NCBI RefSeq assembly: GCF_009834535.1
Contig: NC_045696.1
Location: forward strand, 11,906,001-11,970,000
Length of the DNA: 64,000 bases
Direction of reading: 5' to 3'
Source of the DNA: Camelus ferus
Taxonomy: Eukaryota
Below the pieces are notes generated by a model that was not told the DNA's origin, did not search any database, and saw nothing but the letters and a program-made list of their open reading frames with translations. How positions within the stretch are numbered: position 1 is the first letter of the stretch; the number at the start of each line of letters is the position of its first letter. Both the position numbers and the translations under genes were made by a program. Positions 12,461 to 25,230 of this stretch are shown here, piece by piece.

Positions 12461-13189
12461 GGGGGCTGAGGGGTGGCTCCTGGCCAGGATGCCGTGGGGC
12501 GCTGGTCTGTGCTCTGGGCCCGGCCGGCCGTGTCTGGGGAAGACCGAGGGAGGGTGCAGAGAGCGGTATGCTTGTACCTTCAGCCGTGACTCAACTCAGT
12601 GGAGGAGCTGGGAGGCCAGGGACACAGCTGGGCTTCAAAGCCACCTGCGTGTGTAACCTTGATCCCCCTTTCTTTTGTTCAGCGGCAGGTAAAGAAGGGA
12701 CAGTTCTCAGAGGCCTCGCCACGCAGCTGGCTGCGAAGGGCTGCCCTTTGAGACCGAGTCCTGTGCGGAGTCCTCAGTGCTGGCCAGCTGCCTTTCTTCT
12801 CCGGCTGGTGTGTGTTTTCTCCGCGTTTTCTGGGGAGCTCCCACGAGAAGGTGGGTCTCAGTCTCCTTTTCATTTCGGGTGACCTCTCTCACTCCCTGGG
12901 CTTAAAGCTGGACTCTTGCTTGACTGGCCGCTCACATCTGCTGTGGAGATGACCTGAAAAGCCGCAGAGACCTCTTCTTTCATCTGGAGTCACGTGCTCT
13001 CCCTCGCTGGGGCCGCTGCTGGGCTTCTGTCCGCAGCCGCTGGGCCGGGGGAGGTGGACATCCCTGGATGTTCTTAAATCCATGCTGGTGGCCGGTGCCT
13101 AAACCGTAACTCCAGACCGCAGCTGTGTGGTCCCTGCGTGGATGCTGGAGAGCCTTTTCCGGCATGGCCCCTCTGCTCCTGTCTTGCTC

Positions 13190-13600
13190 TCCCACAATCT
13201 GTCTCAAAACAATAGCCAGAGGGCACCTTTTAGATCAGACAGTGTCACTCTGCTCAAAACCTTCCCGTGCTTTCCCGTGCACGCTGCCGCCCCCACCCCC
13301 ACCCCCATCAAAACCAAAGTGTTTACAGTGGTTTCTGGGGCCCCAGTAGGAGCTGCCCCCTCCCCTCTGCTGTTCCCCTCTTACCTCCTCCCCTTGGCTG
13401 TGGCTCAGACGTACCAGGCAAACTCCAGCCTCAAAGCCCTCGTCCTGACCTCCCCCTCTGCCTGGAGCTCTCTTTCCCTGGGAGCCATGGGGGGTCCCCG
13501 CCACCCCTTCAGGTGTGGGTTCTAGCGTGTCTCCTTTTCAGTGAGACTGTCATCCCAGGTCACCCTTCTGAAAACCACCGTGAACACGTCCTCCACCTCC
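13190..13600 (+). mobile_element. LINE-2 relic
   Basis: tcagacagtgtcactctgctcaaaaccttccc...cctctgcctggagctctctttccc. Confidence 0.7.
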
Positions 13601-14559
13601 CTGACTCCATAGGTAGAATGTGGCTGGGAGTGTCTGCAGCATCCGTGGGGACCGTAGGTGTGCTGACCTGCAGGTGTTCTGGGATGTCCTCGCCTCTTCT
13701 CTGCCTCCTTGGTGGCAAGAGGTTTCTTCTTGCATGTGGCAGCAGAATCCCTGTTACAGACCGTGCGTTTCATTTCTGTGATCTGTGGCAATTCAGCTCC
13801 AGATCAGGGTCTTTGCTTGCGTTCTGTTAAATGTTAATTTGATTCACTTTAGAGGCTGCTACCAGGTTCCTCAAATCGTCCGCCAAGTTCAGAAGCATCA
13901 GAAGATCCTTGCAATTCTAGCCATGAAGCCCTCTTAGGCTATTATGTCTGTTTGTAGAATTTAACTGTCTAATTAGTGATGGATGGTGGTGAAACATGTA
14001 TGAAATAAATCCTGAAGTGTATCTTGGCTTTATGGAAAATTCTAGGGCTCACAAACCAACAGAAGGTTAGTACTCCTTGGTTTGGGGGCCTAGATTTCAG
14101 ATAGAACGTTTGTTTACAAATCCCCAATAGCTGTGAAAGTCCTCACTCTGCTCCAAGCAGCTGTTTGCAGGGGTCTGACGAGATTCCAAGGTGGAACAGA
14201 GGGTGCATTTGGACTCCCCACGCTTTCCCAGTGTTTTAATTGAATTTACTCATTTCTGATGTGGCTCTGTATCCAGTGATTGTTTACGGTGGGTGGAGCA
14301 GCAGAGTTGCTGCTGGGGATGCTGGGGATGATCACTGCGTTGAGTTCATAATTTGCTGGAGAAGACTGATGCAATGATCAATCATTATAACTTAAGCCTT
14401 AATCTGTGTCAAAATGTAAGCAGAGTGGGGTGAAAGCACTGAGCAGGGAACCACTTTTGTCCAGGGACTAAAGATCACTTTGTGGGATACACAGCCCTTG
14501 AGGTTCGGATCCTGCAGGGTGAATAGAAGATGAGCAAGAATTTGGGGTAGGAGGAGGCA

Positions 14560-14900
14560 GGGAAAGCGTGCAGGACTAGGGGAGCAGCACGAGGGCACTG
14601 GTGAAGCAGGAGGATGCTGGGCTTGAGGGGAGAGGAGGACTGGTCCCATGCGGTGGCAGGTGGGGTTTGTGAGGGACTATGTGGACGGGAAAAGGGAGAG
14701 TTCAGTGGGGGTCCTGTGGTGGAGCCCTTTTTAAAGGTAGCATGAAGGAGTTTGAATTGTACTAGCAGAAAATCAAAACCCACTGAAGAGTCTTTGGGGA
14801 TGGGAGGATGACACCTACCATCTGTCTTGTAGAGAAATCCCTTGGGTGGCATCAGAAGGCCGGTTGGTTGGTGGAGCCAAACGCGGAAGAGACAATGTGA
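14560..14900 (-). mobile_element. LINE-2 relic
   Basis: gaaggagtttgaattgtact...cccactgaagagtcttt, antisense L2 text. Confidence 0.55.
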
Positions 14901-17237
14901 AGAAAGCATCCTGTTGGGTCACGGCCAGAAACAAAACAAGAGAGGCCAGTATTCTCCCCAAATCACTCAGAGCTTAAAAGACCAAATTCCCTTCCCCAGC
15001 AGTAAAATGCACTCACGGGGACCTTGAAAGGAAAGCAATATGAAGAAAAGGGAAAGGGATGCTGAGAGTCTAAACCCAGAAGAGGCAATGTCAGTCCCAT
15101 CATCCCAACATGGGATGGAGGAGAGAACAGTCTGGGTACCGAGAACAGCAACCTGGGAGCAGGCAAAGTAGTGCATTTTAGTTGCATTGGTTTCTAACAT
15201 CAGTAATTGATCACCCACGCGCCTGATTCCTGGATTAGAAACGGGAGGGAGGGTAGGGGCACACACCTCTCATTTTTACACACTAGTGTATGGGTTTTGA
15301 GGGAACATCTTGAATGGCTGTGATCGAAGAAAGTGGTTTGTTAACTAACTCAGTGGGTTTGCTTGATGGTGACTTAGTTTTCATCTTTGGGAGGAACACA
15401 TGCTTCAGCAACAGCCGTGAATATGATTACTGATGCTGTTAATAAGATAATCAATACTGTAATATTACTGTCAATTCCAGCTAACTTTGCTAAAAATTCC
15501 CAGCCTTGTGCGAAGCGCACTGTAAAAGTGTCTTAGATAGAACGAGATCCTCTTTTACTGAGCTGAAGGGTAAGGAGACCTAAAACCGAGGCTCTCCCAT
15601 GTGTTTTGTATCAGGTGCTAAGTTCACGTTAGTTTTAGTTTTACTGGTGGAGGGAGTCGCTCATTGCTGGAAGAATCACACAGAACATTCCCCATCTCTC
15701 TGGGGTGCACCTTTCCTCGTGCCTTCCTGCCTTCTCGGACCCGTCTGACCAGCTGACCACGTCGGGCTTTCTCGGAGCCACTCGCGGGAAGGCTTCTCAG
15801 AGGAGCTGGCTATTTCGAGTCAGGGCTTGCTTTCCCCTCCTCTTGTGGGCGGTGTCTGTCCGCCAGCACATTCCAGGACTGAGTTTGGATGATAGATTTG
15901 TTTGGACGTGACCTTTCCCAGTTCCTCTTCCCTGGATTTCTGCCTGCTGAGGAAATGATCCTCAGATCCCATCCATCTGCACTGGTGGCAACAGAAGAGA
16001 GGATTTCTCTTTCCTGTGGTCCAGGTCCAACTGCGCAGACACCTGTCCTTCAGAGGCTCGTATTGTTCTGGTTGGTATCCCCTCCCGCCGCAGAGACTTG
16101 TTATATCCTAGTTCTGGAAGTCATCAAGTTGGACGTGAGACGAGGAGGAGGCGGCGGAGGGTCCTCGGCTGACCTGGGAGGCTTTTATTGATTGCGCTCG
16201 GGACACATAGCAAGAGCTGTTTCTCCCACCTCCATCCCTCCGTAATTGGTCCTGCTAGGAAGCGTTTCCCATTTGCGGTTGATTTATCCTGAGAGCTTTT
16301 CATGTCCTTTGGGATGCTTCACTGTTGGATTTGAGAAGGAAAAGGACAGCTTCTCTTTCAAGTCTGATGAAAACCATCTGAGCCAAACATGTGGACACAG
16401 GCAGTAGATTTATGCTTTTCTTATGGACACTCAACTACTCCCCTGGCTGTTAAGGAAATCCACACGAGGAAGGGGGGCTGTACATCGGGATTCTCAGATC
16501 GTGCGTCCTCGTGTTACAAAGCAAATGAATCCTGACCATTTCTGAGGCTTGTCAAAGTTTTTCCTCCGCGGCTCTGGAATTTTCTCTCTTGTGCTTTCAG
16601 AGTGGCCAAATCCATGGGCTCCCGGGAGCTTCGCTCTGGAGAGATGGCTGATGTGGGGTGAAGTGTGGAGGTTGAGGAGCCAAACCATAACTCTTCTTTT
16701 AGGCCTTTGCCATCTGCCCAGTGTCTTGTTTGCAGTCTCCGTGAACTTGGAAGAAGGCTCCCTGAGCACTGCTCCCATCCATCCACCCCGGTCGTTCTGC
16801 GGATTTCCAGATGTTGAACTTGGGCAGGTGACGTAACCCCAGCTGGCGTTGCGGCGGGGGCCGGCCAAGTCACACTCCCGACTTTGGGACTGGATCTCCA
16901 TCTCATCTGGAGGCAGGAACCCTGTGGGGGAGGCGGTGCCTGGTTTGTCTGTTTGCATGTTCTTTGCCTGGGCCTTCCCTGAAACTGAGCTCTGGCCCTG
17001 GTGTCAAGTATAAGCACGTGTGATGAGCAGATGCCAGCTCTATACAGTACGTTTCATTTCATCTGCTTATTTTGAAGAAGCAGGATGATAATCTGTGTTG
17101 TAATAGCCCTTTCTCAGGCGTACACAGACGGGGGCCTGATGGGAGGGGGGACGATGTCCTCTCCAATGAGATGGGTGAGGAAGGTACCACCCAGACACAG
17201 GACTGAAGGAAGGAATATTATTATTCTGATGATCATC

Positions 17238-17362
17238 ATTTTTTGTTTGTTTTTGTAATTAGGTTTATTTATTTATTTACATTTGGAGGAGGCACTGGGG
17301 ACTGAACCAGGACCGCATGCATGCTAAGCATGCACTCTATCACTTGAGCTATACCCGCCCCC
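17238..17362 (-). mobile_element. vic-1-type tRNA-Ala-derived SINE
   Basis: Minus strand reads ggggcgggtatagctcaagtgatagagtgcatgcttagcatgcatgcggtcctggttcagtccccagtgcctcc, then (taaa)n and cctaattac. Flanks tgatcatc/tgatcacc. Confidence 0.9.
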
Positions 17363-17451
17363 TGATCACCTTGTTTTTTGAAAAGAACGGATGCCACACA
17401 CTTTCCAGTGCTGCCCAGTTCTGCGTTATGCACATACTTAGACGTGATACC

Positions 17452-17644
17452 CAGGAGTTGGCAAACCACAGGCTGCAGGCTAGATCTGACCGGTCACCTG
17501 TTTCTGTAAATAAAGTTTATTGGCACATGGCTCCACCCATTCAATTACTTCAGCGGCTGCTTTTGTGCTTTGTGTGGCAGGAATGACGGAAGGAGCTCGA
17601 AATAGTTCCTCCCTGGCTTCTTAAAGAAAGTTTGCTGATCTTTG
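17452..17644. mobile_element. MER58A-like hAT-Charlie element
   Basis: Termini caggagttggcaaac and gtttgctgatctttg, internal ctgtaaataaagtttattgg. Confidence 0.8.
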
Positions 17645-17809
17645 CTTTCCATCCACCCTTACCTATACAGAGAAATGTAGGACATCCCCTTTTATTTAAA
17701 ATCTCTAGTTTTTAATATCTGCTGCTTTTTCTTATTATTATTTTCAGTTTAGCCCACAGCTCCTCCTCGTCCTTCTCCTCTTAGCTCTCGGATTATTTCA
17801 GGAGTTCCA

Positions 17810-17980
17810 TTTTCGGTGGAATGCTGTTTCCCTCTTGAGGACGTTTGAAATTATGGGGTGAGGAGCTTTTACCACTGGGAGCCACCTCTGGTATTGCAGA
17901 GGCTGGGAGAGGTTCTCACTGATCCCCAGACTGCAGGACAGCCCCACCCGAAGTGCCAGAGCACAGTCACTTTGAGAATG
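17810..17980. mobile_element. MER20-like relic
   Basis: Weak similarity (ggacgtttgaaatt...caggacagcccca...ttgagaa). Confidence 0.4.
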
Positions 17981-18996
17981 ACTTACTTAGTTTTTGGTTT
18001 TGTCCACAATTTAAAGTTTTTCACGGTGTCTTTGTAACATCTCCCAGTGATGAGATGGTCCTTAATACTTTACATTTCAGATGCTTTTATGCTCTTGTGT
18101 AAGTTACTGTCAGACACAGGAGACCGTTGGGTAACTTACCTGCCTGCTGATGATGTGGGGAACTCACCTGGACTGCTGTCTCTCTCTGTTTTTGTTTTTT
18201 TTCTCTCTGTCTCTCTTATGAACACATGCCTACACCCTCCACGCCACCTTCTGTCCACCCTAAAGACTCTGCTTCAGTCAATTCCCAGGACAGGATGTTC
18301 CTTTCATTTCCCTGTCTTGTGTAGTGCTGGAGAAATCTTGGATCTCATTCTCTCTCTCATAGGAATTACCAGCCTTTGTAAATCCTGCTTTAAAAAAAAT
18401 AAAAAGTCTTCTTAACTCTTCACCCTCCTCCCCCCGCACCAAGCTGGCCCTCTTTGCTTCTGGGACCAGGCTTATAGCTCTCAGCCAACAGAAGCCAGCT
18501 GGGCTCCCCCTCTGATGAAGGAGGCCTGGATAGATGTGTCCTACAGCCCAGAGACAGCAGCAAGGCTCCCCGAGAGATGGAGAGAGGGGCAGGGGTGTGA
18601 TTGTAGGAGGGAGGGGGTTAGCAGTGTCTCACAGAGTATCTTAGGGTGGAGTTTGGTGGTGGCCCACGTGTGGAACTAAGAGCGGAGGACCATCATGCTT
18701 GGTATCCGAGTAGCACAAAGTCAGTGCAGGGTGGCAGTGGACCGTGGAGCCTCCGTCATCCTAGAGAGATGTGGGAGCAGGAGCTGAAGCAGAGCTGGGC
18801 GGCCTGTGAGAGCCCAATTCTGAGACGTTCAGAGAGACCTAGGAAGGAGAAAGTCTGAGTTTCTGCCATTTGCGTGAAGGGTGATGGACATGGGTGGGTG
18901 AGGAAGCAATGTGTTTGAGACATCCTTAGGACCACCACCCTGCTGAAGTGTAGGGGACACTCAAGTAACACACACAGTGGGTCTCCTGTGGCCTAA

Positions 18997-19184
18997 AGCG
19001 TTGGTGTGCAAACTTTAGCATGTGTCAGAATCACCTGGAAGCCTTGTTCAGATGAAGATTGTCCCGCCCCTAGGGTTTCTAATTCAGTAGGTCTCCAATG
19101 GGGGTTCAAGAATTTTCATTTTTAACAAGTTCCCAGGTGACGCTGATGCTGAAGTTCTGGGGACCACACTTGGAGAACCACTGG
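18997..19184. mobile_element. MER5A
   Basis: tcagaatcacctggaag...ttttaacaagttcccaggtgacgctgatgctg...ggggaccacacttggagaaccactg. Confidence 0.9.
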
Positions 19185-21559
19185 CCTAAGCATGGAAAAG
19201 CAACTGTGAAAGCCATCCACAACGTGGAACTAAGCCAAGACATGATTGTAAGATGGAGAGCCAAGCTGACTGTACCTCAAAAACAGTAATTTGGTCCCCA
19301 TCAGGTGATCACTGTGTCTGAAGTTCTAAGTTCTAAGAAGGGTTAAGAGAGTTTAGCCAAAATGCGATTGAGCAATAAAACACACTGGTAGAGACTTTCA
19401 TTAAAATCTAATTCCTCTGCATTTTGGGAGTTTATTCACTATAAACAGGAAGAGTGTTTCAGAACTGAGTTTTGGCTCTTTGTAATTTTGAATCCTTTTA
19501 GCTGACTCAGTAAAGAGAGCCCCTCATTTGAGCTTTTATTTATGAAAGAAGATAATTCAAGGGCCTGAGTGGCCACCTGCTTTCACTCTCTGGCTTTGTC
19601 TTCTCAATATCAGGGTGGCTGTTTGATGTCAGTGGGCCTACATTTTCACTTGACAAACTCTCGTTTCTCCTCTTTTTATTTTTGGTTGTAACAGATACTT
19701 GATATAAGATTTGTACATAAATGTGAAAATAATTAAAATAGTAAACAAAGATGACAGATAGTCAGACACATAATAAACAGTATAACCGTGCGCTTCAGAA
19801 AAATCCTGACCGCTCAGGATTGATCTGGAACAAACTCTAGGTCTTTTTTTTTTTTTTTTTTTTTTCCCCTCATGGGCTGAAGATTATTTACTGGGAATTC
19901 AGAAAAACTGCATCCTTCACATGACCCTCAGTTCAATTTCCTTTGTACTTCATTTGGCTTCGTTGTGCTGCAAGTTTTCTGTATAATTTTAGAAATACAC
20001 CTAATACGCATTTTGGCTAAGTACCAAGTGTTAAAGTCAGTTTTCATTTGAAGCAAATACTGCAGCTGAATATCACCATTAAAATTTGAATGCTAGGCCT
20101 CAAGGTCAAATAAAAAATTATCAAAACATTTTTAAATTACAATGACTAAAAATTGTAATTATTTTGTTAACATTTGGAATACTATAGGATTGTAATTTTT
20201 TAGTACTCTCAGCTACTCAGCACTACTAAAATGATCCCCAAGTTCAACTGAAACTGTAGGTCTTTAAAAGAACTGACATCTGTGCCCTAAGTTAGGATTT
20301 ACTTTCTGTGAGGGGGAGATACAGCAAAACTGCCAGGAGCCTTTTAAAATGCAAAAGTGAGACTTCCTGAAGATCTCTTATTTACTTCTCTGTTCACATT
20401 AGGTGGATCTGTCATTCACTGAGTCCTTAAAAATCATGATGAGGATTGATTTGAGTGCAAGCAACTCATCTGAAAAGGAGGATATTGAAAACCTTGACCT
20501 TGAACTTGGAGCCTGCTTACCGGTGGCTCAAGACATTGACTTTCAGGTTTACCCTGGGTCCTGCCTCAGCCCCAGTGGTAGCCCTAGGGCTTGGGGCTGA
20601 ATAAGACTCTGGGTCCTTCGGAGCTACATTTATTTACACATCGTTGGGATTTTGGCCAAAGTTTTCAGACTTCTCCATGTGTGGGTCTCACCATCTGTGA
20701 ACCCCATTGATGGTGTGTAAATTAATAAAGTGCTCTGTGAGCCCAGGATGAGAGACTTTTGGGGTGCCAAGGGGAATCATAATAAATAATATTAAACAGC
20801 TCCAGGGATTTTAGCAATATTTACAATTTTGGCTTCACACACACAGGGATTTGGAATCGTTTTTTATAAAAGCGGCTTGAAAGTCATACATCAGGCTTCC
20901 TTTGTGTGATTGGCAACATTTCAGACACCACAAGGATTCCTGCTTCTCAGCCTTGTTTTGTGTGAACCCTGTCTGTATGGGCCAGAACTCTGCCCCCAAC
21001 ACAAGTCCTTCCTTTGCTGGTCATGCCTCTCTCCACCCCAGAGATGTCGGTAGTGGGTGACCATGAACGTGTCCTCCGGGGATGAGCGACAAGTAGGAAA
21101 AAGAATGGCGTAGCCAGTAGTTTCAGTGTTGTTGGGGTGGCTGGTGTTTTGATAGAATCATCTGCGGAACTTGAAAAACTCGTCCGGTGGCCCCGGGTTT
21201 TGCGAGTGACTGTGCACTATTTTGGGGAATTTGTTGATTTTTCAGGTGAAAGGTGAATGAGGGAGGGGCAGGGTGATACATTCCACTATGACTGTCATGT
21301 GTCTGCTCTGCTGGGGTTTTGTCCAGACCTTTAGATTGCTCAGTCTCAGTCTTTCACCTTCTATGACTCAAGGTCCTCCGTGAAGCACTCAGGCTAAGAA
21401 AAGTGTTTCTTTGGGCTGAGGACCCCCGTGTGGTCTAATCCTTTACTCTCCCCAGACTTGATAATATGTGGATTATTCTACAATTATAACAGCAGCTTCT
21501 TGTATCTTAGATTCATAAAGTTTGGGGCATAGGTGCTCAATAAAAATGTATTGCATTAA

Positions 21560-21830
21560 CAATAACAGTAATAATAGACAACCCTTGAAGGGTGCTTGCT
21601 AAATATCGGGCACTGTTCTGCACCCTTGACACATATTAACTTACGTAAATCCTCACGAGCATCCATCCTGTGGCAGGATCCTAATTATTATCTCCATTTC
21701 ACAGGTGGAAACTGCCACTGAAAATTTAAGTAACTTGCCTGAGGTGATGTGGGTAGTAAATGGTGGGCTATGTATACAGGGAGATGCTACAGGGATTCAG
21801 TTCCTCCAGCATAAAATTCTTTGATCTTAA
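21560..21830 (-). mobile_element. MIR
   Basis: attattatctccatttcacaggtggaaactg...ttaagtaacttgcctgaggt. Confidence 0.8.
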
Positions 21831-22634
21831 TTGTGCTGCAGGCCCAGTACTAAACTTCCCATAAATCGAAGAGATTATAGAGATGCCTGGATTTTGTCTT
21901 AGAAACTGCTCAAGAATGCCAATATCAGAGACTGTAAAAGTTTCTTTAACAAGTTTAACTCTTAAGCCAGGGGCTCAATTTGTGTTACCTGACACTTTGA
22001 GGTGGGGTGAGGGTGGAGAATATGTATATATTATATATTATATAATATATTATAATTATATATGTATGTAAAGCAGTGTGATCTCCAAGGGGATTTACAT
22101 GTCTGGGCACCTTCGAGAAGAGTCTAGGATGACAATCTTTTTGAGTACTCCCTGTGTTTTGAATTTCATAGGAGCTAATTCTTTAGACTTTTATAGCCAA
22201 ACTAGTTGAGGTTCATTCAAGTTAAGTCTTGGGAGGACGGAGGTGAGTTTTGTGGGTGAGAGATTCTGCTGGTTTTGCTTTTCCTTAATCATCTTCAAAT
22301 GTCCCTCTGTTACGTGTGTACTGGGGGGAGTGGGTTGGGGAGGGGCTATTAGTGGCACAGCAGAGCCAGGAGTTCAGCAGGGAACTGGTCCACGGTGGAA
22401 TTAGGCTGAGGAAATTAACTGCCTTGGACTCCTTGAAGAGAGTATAAATTCTGGTGGGGACGCCCCCTTCCAGGCTGCCACTCCCAGGACTAGGGTGATG
22501 TGTTCTTAAAACTGTATCTGGAAGTTTTGAGGATCGATATCCAAGTATTAGAATCTAGGAGGAAAAGGGAACTGCTAATATGGGCAAAGCCCTGCAAAAC
22601 TAGCAATAAATGTGATAAATGACTTTTCTTTTTG

Positions 22635-22880
22635 ACCTAAATTACAGGTTATAGACTCACAAGACTCACATTATTTTTCAGTAACACAGACGTCCTGTGT
22701 ACCCATCACTCAGTGGTGACATCTTGCTTAGCTAAAGTGCATTATCAAAACTAGGAAATTGATATTGGCACCGTACAATTAACAAAACTACAGATCATAC
22801 TGGAATTTCACTAGTTTTTACATGTACTTAGTTTTTCTTTCTTTCTTTATTTTTTGCCAGGACTTAGTGTATATAATTTG
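22635..22880 (-). mobile_element. L1MC-like 3' fragment
   Basis: tcctgtgtacccatcactcag...aaaactaggaaattgatattggcac. Confidence 0.65.
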
Positions 22881-25094
22881 ACCAGTGTTTCTTGACAGGC
22901 AGGAGGACCTTTGACTAAGACTGTATTCAATATTTTACAACAGACACATGCCTTTTAATTTAATGCTGTTCGCCTGTTTTTAACCTGGCAAAGGGATGAA
23001 TGGAATGTGAATTTCAGCAGCCGGGTTATGGAAGTGAAACCAAGCCATTTGGTTATTTTCATTTATGACCTTGAACTCTTTGAAGGATGTTATCTCCATT
23101 TCTGTTGCCTTTACAGAGGGAGGAGGATATTTTCTAGAGAGAAAGGATAATTCAAGGTCTTGGTGTCGTACAAAGAGCTCTTGGAGGGAATGATAAACAG
23201 ACATTGTTAACCCGGGAAGAACGGGGAGATTTTGATTAATCAGATAAAAGGTATGGGCTGATGGGACTCAAAGATCATGGATGCAATTTCATAGTAACTG
23301 TTAGAGTGGATTTACTTTTCAGATGACAGCGCTGGAGGAGTTGGGGCTACATGGCAGCTGCCTGGCTGACCGTGATTAATTGCTCCTGCCTCTGCAATCC
23401 CATCGTGCTTTGCTGAGGCTTCCAATTAGCCTCCGTCACTCTCTGCCCTGGAGCCGAGCTGTTTGTGGGGGCGCCTGTCTTCCCAGACGAGGGATGATTC
23501 TTTGAGGGCAGGGACTGTCTCATTCAGTTTTTGACTTTTCTCCTCTTCCCTTTCTCCTAGAATCGAGCAAGATGCTAGCACACAAAGGCTCTCTATTCCT
23601 GTGCCTCCAGATTATTCCTTATTCTAGCTTCACTTCTTTATGTATTTAACCAGGCATCTATCTGCATGTTATGTGTATTTTAAACCCATAAGGCATTAAT
23701 CCATGATAGATTATTGTGTAATTTGGGGCCATCATGAGTCAGGCTGGCCTTGGTTCTCTTGGAACAGCATTAAACAGCCTGAAAGCTTAGTTGATTTTTT
23801 GTCTACAGAAAAGCAGTGGAAAGTTCTTGTTGGTTGTTTTCCTTATAGCATAAAAGTTTTGAAAAAAAGATATTCATCTTTTCTGCTTAACTGTTAACAC
23901 CTGGGAGAATTATTTAACATTTTTCTGACTCATGGCCGCCTTTTGGGGTTGGGCTTTTAAGGAGTTGGCAGTGGTCTGTGATTGTGGCCTCTCCAAATTG
24001 TCAGCGCTGCTGTGGGCCTTGTCTTCTCTGAGACCTACAGGAAAATAAGGTTTGCAGTCACCTTTTCTAGTAGAGCAGTAACAGGGAGGCAAAATAGTAT
24101 GTCTTGGGGATTATATGGTTATAACGAAATGGAAAGAAGTTCTCAAATAAACTCATGGAAACACGGCGTTACTGAAGAGAGATGAGAAAATACTGTGGGT
24201 AGCCAAGGACGGCAGTAGAAAAATCAGGAAGGGATGCCATTCTTACATTTTTCAGAGGCCCGTGTAGTCTATAAATTTTGCTTTTCTCCACGAGACTCTG
24301 CTGTTCTCTTGCCTCTACTAGCAGACTGGCTTCCTTGATCTCTGGTTTCTCAGATTCTCAGATTTACTGCCTGCTGACTGGCTTTGACTTGGTACGATGT
24401 TGCAGCACCGCACGGTCTTTACCGTAGATAGCTGTCTTGGTCTCCCAGTGTCTCAATTCCAAATTTTTCAGTGAGAGTCTGTTTGGCACGTACTGAGTCC
24501 TGTATCCATCTCTGGTCTACTCAGCTGTTGCTGGGATGAAAGGGTCATATGTGCTTTGGATAGTCCCAGACACGTCCAGGCAGGCTCTCAGGAAGGCAGA
24601 GTTGGTGGGAGGCAGTGATTGGCATGGCTGTCATATCCCAATCAGGGAACAATTCCCCATTGTTTCTGTTTGGCTCTTGGTTGCATTAGAAAAGCAGAGC
24701 CCATTTCTTTTTTGGCTTTGTCTTAGCCTCCCACATTTCCCAGTTGGAATTTCAGGTCTAGGCAGCTGACCGAGGGACTGTTTGTAGGCAATGAAGAGGT
24801 GATTACTAACACTAGTTAATTCCAGGGGTGGTTGGATCCCTGGCATCACCAATCAGTACTTTTTAAGAAATACTTTAATTCATGCCTTTCAAATAAATTA
24901 ATGCATTTGAATTTATGTTTCTATTTGCACTTGTTTACTTTTGGAGTTCTTAACTTAGACTTAAAAAAAAATTCGTACTTGTGGTTCAAAGATTCCAATT
25001 TTATAGCCAAGAACTTCTGGTGCATGTTGAAGTCTTTGAATGACAAGGGTACAGTGACAGGATGACAAGAAGGAGAAGAGGGGTGCAGGAAGAT

Positions 25095-25230
25095 CTGAAG
25101 GCCTCATCTCCCCACTAACTAGCTGTGTCACCTTGGTAACTTAGTTCTTTGAAGCTCAGTTTCTTTATCTGTAGAATGGAGTAAGAAAAGCATCCATCTC
25201 ATAATGTTGTTGAGAGGATTATTCAATATA
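25095..25230 (+). mobile_element. MIR
   Basis: actagctgtgtcaccttgg...ctcagtttctttatctgtagaatgg. Confidence 0.8.

Noticed and set aside
12402..13830. Dense ORF cluster or CpG-island promoter
   Set aside because: Partly MIR- and L2-derived, with low-information peptides on both strands. CpG density looks modest by eye and was not computed.
17290..17362. tRNA-Ala gene (also at ~37390-37462)
   Set aside because: It has a SINE tail, TSDs and mutated stems, so it is a tRNA-derived SINE.
19802..19865. Hairpin aatcctga-ccgc-tcaggatt followed by poly(T), as an intrinsic terminator
   Set aside because: This is a bacterial concept in mammalian DNA, the T-run is ~20 nt away, and an 8-bp stem is expected by chance.
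20403..20548. Exon-like open segment VDLSFTESLK...QDIDFQ
   Set aside because: The acceptor is plausible but the donor (CAG|gtttac) is weak and the peptide is unrecognised. The internal ATGATGA...CTGA span is too short for a snoRNA.
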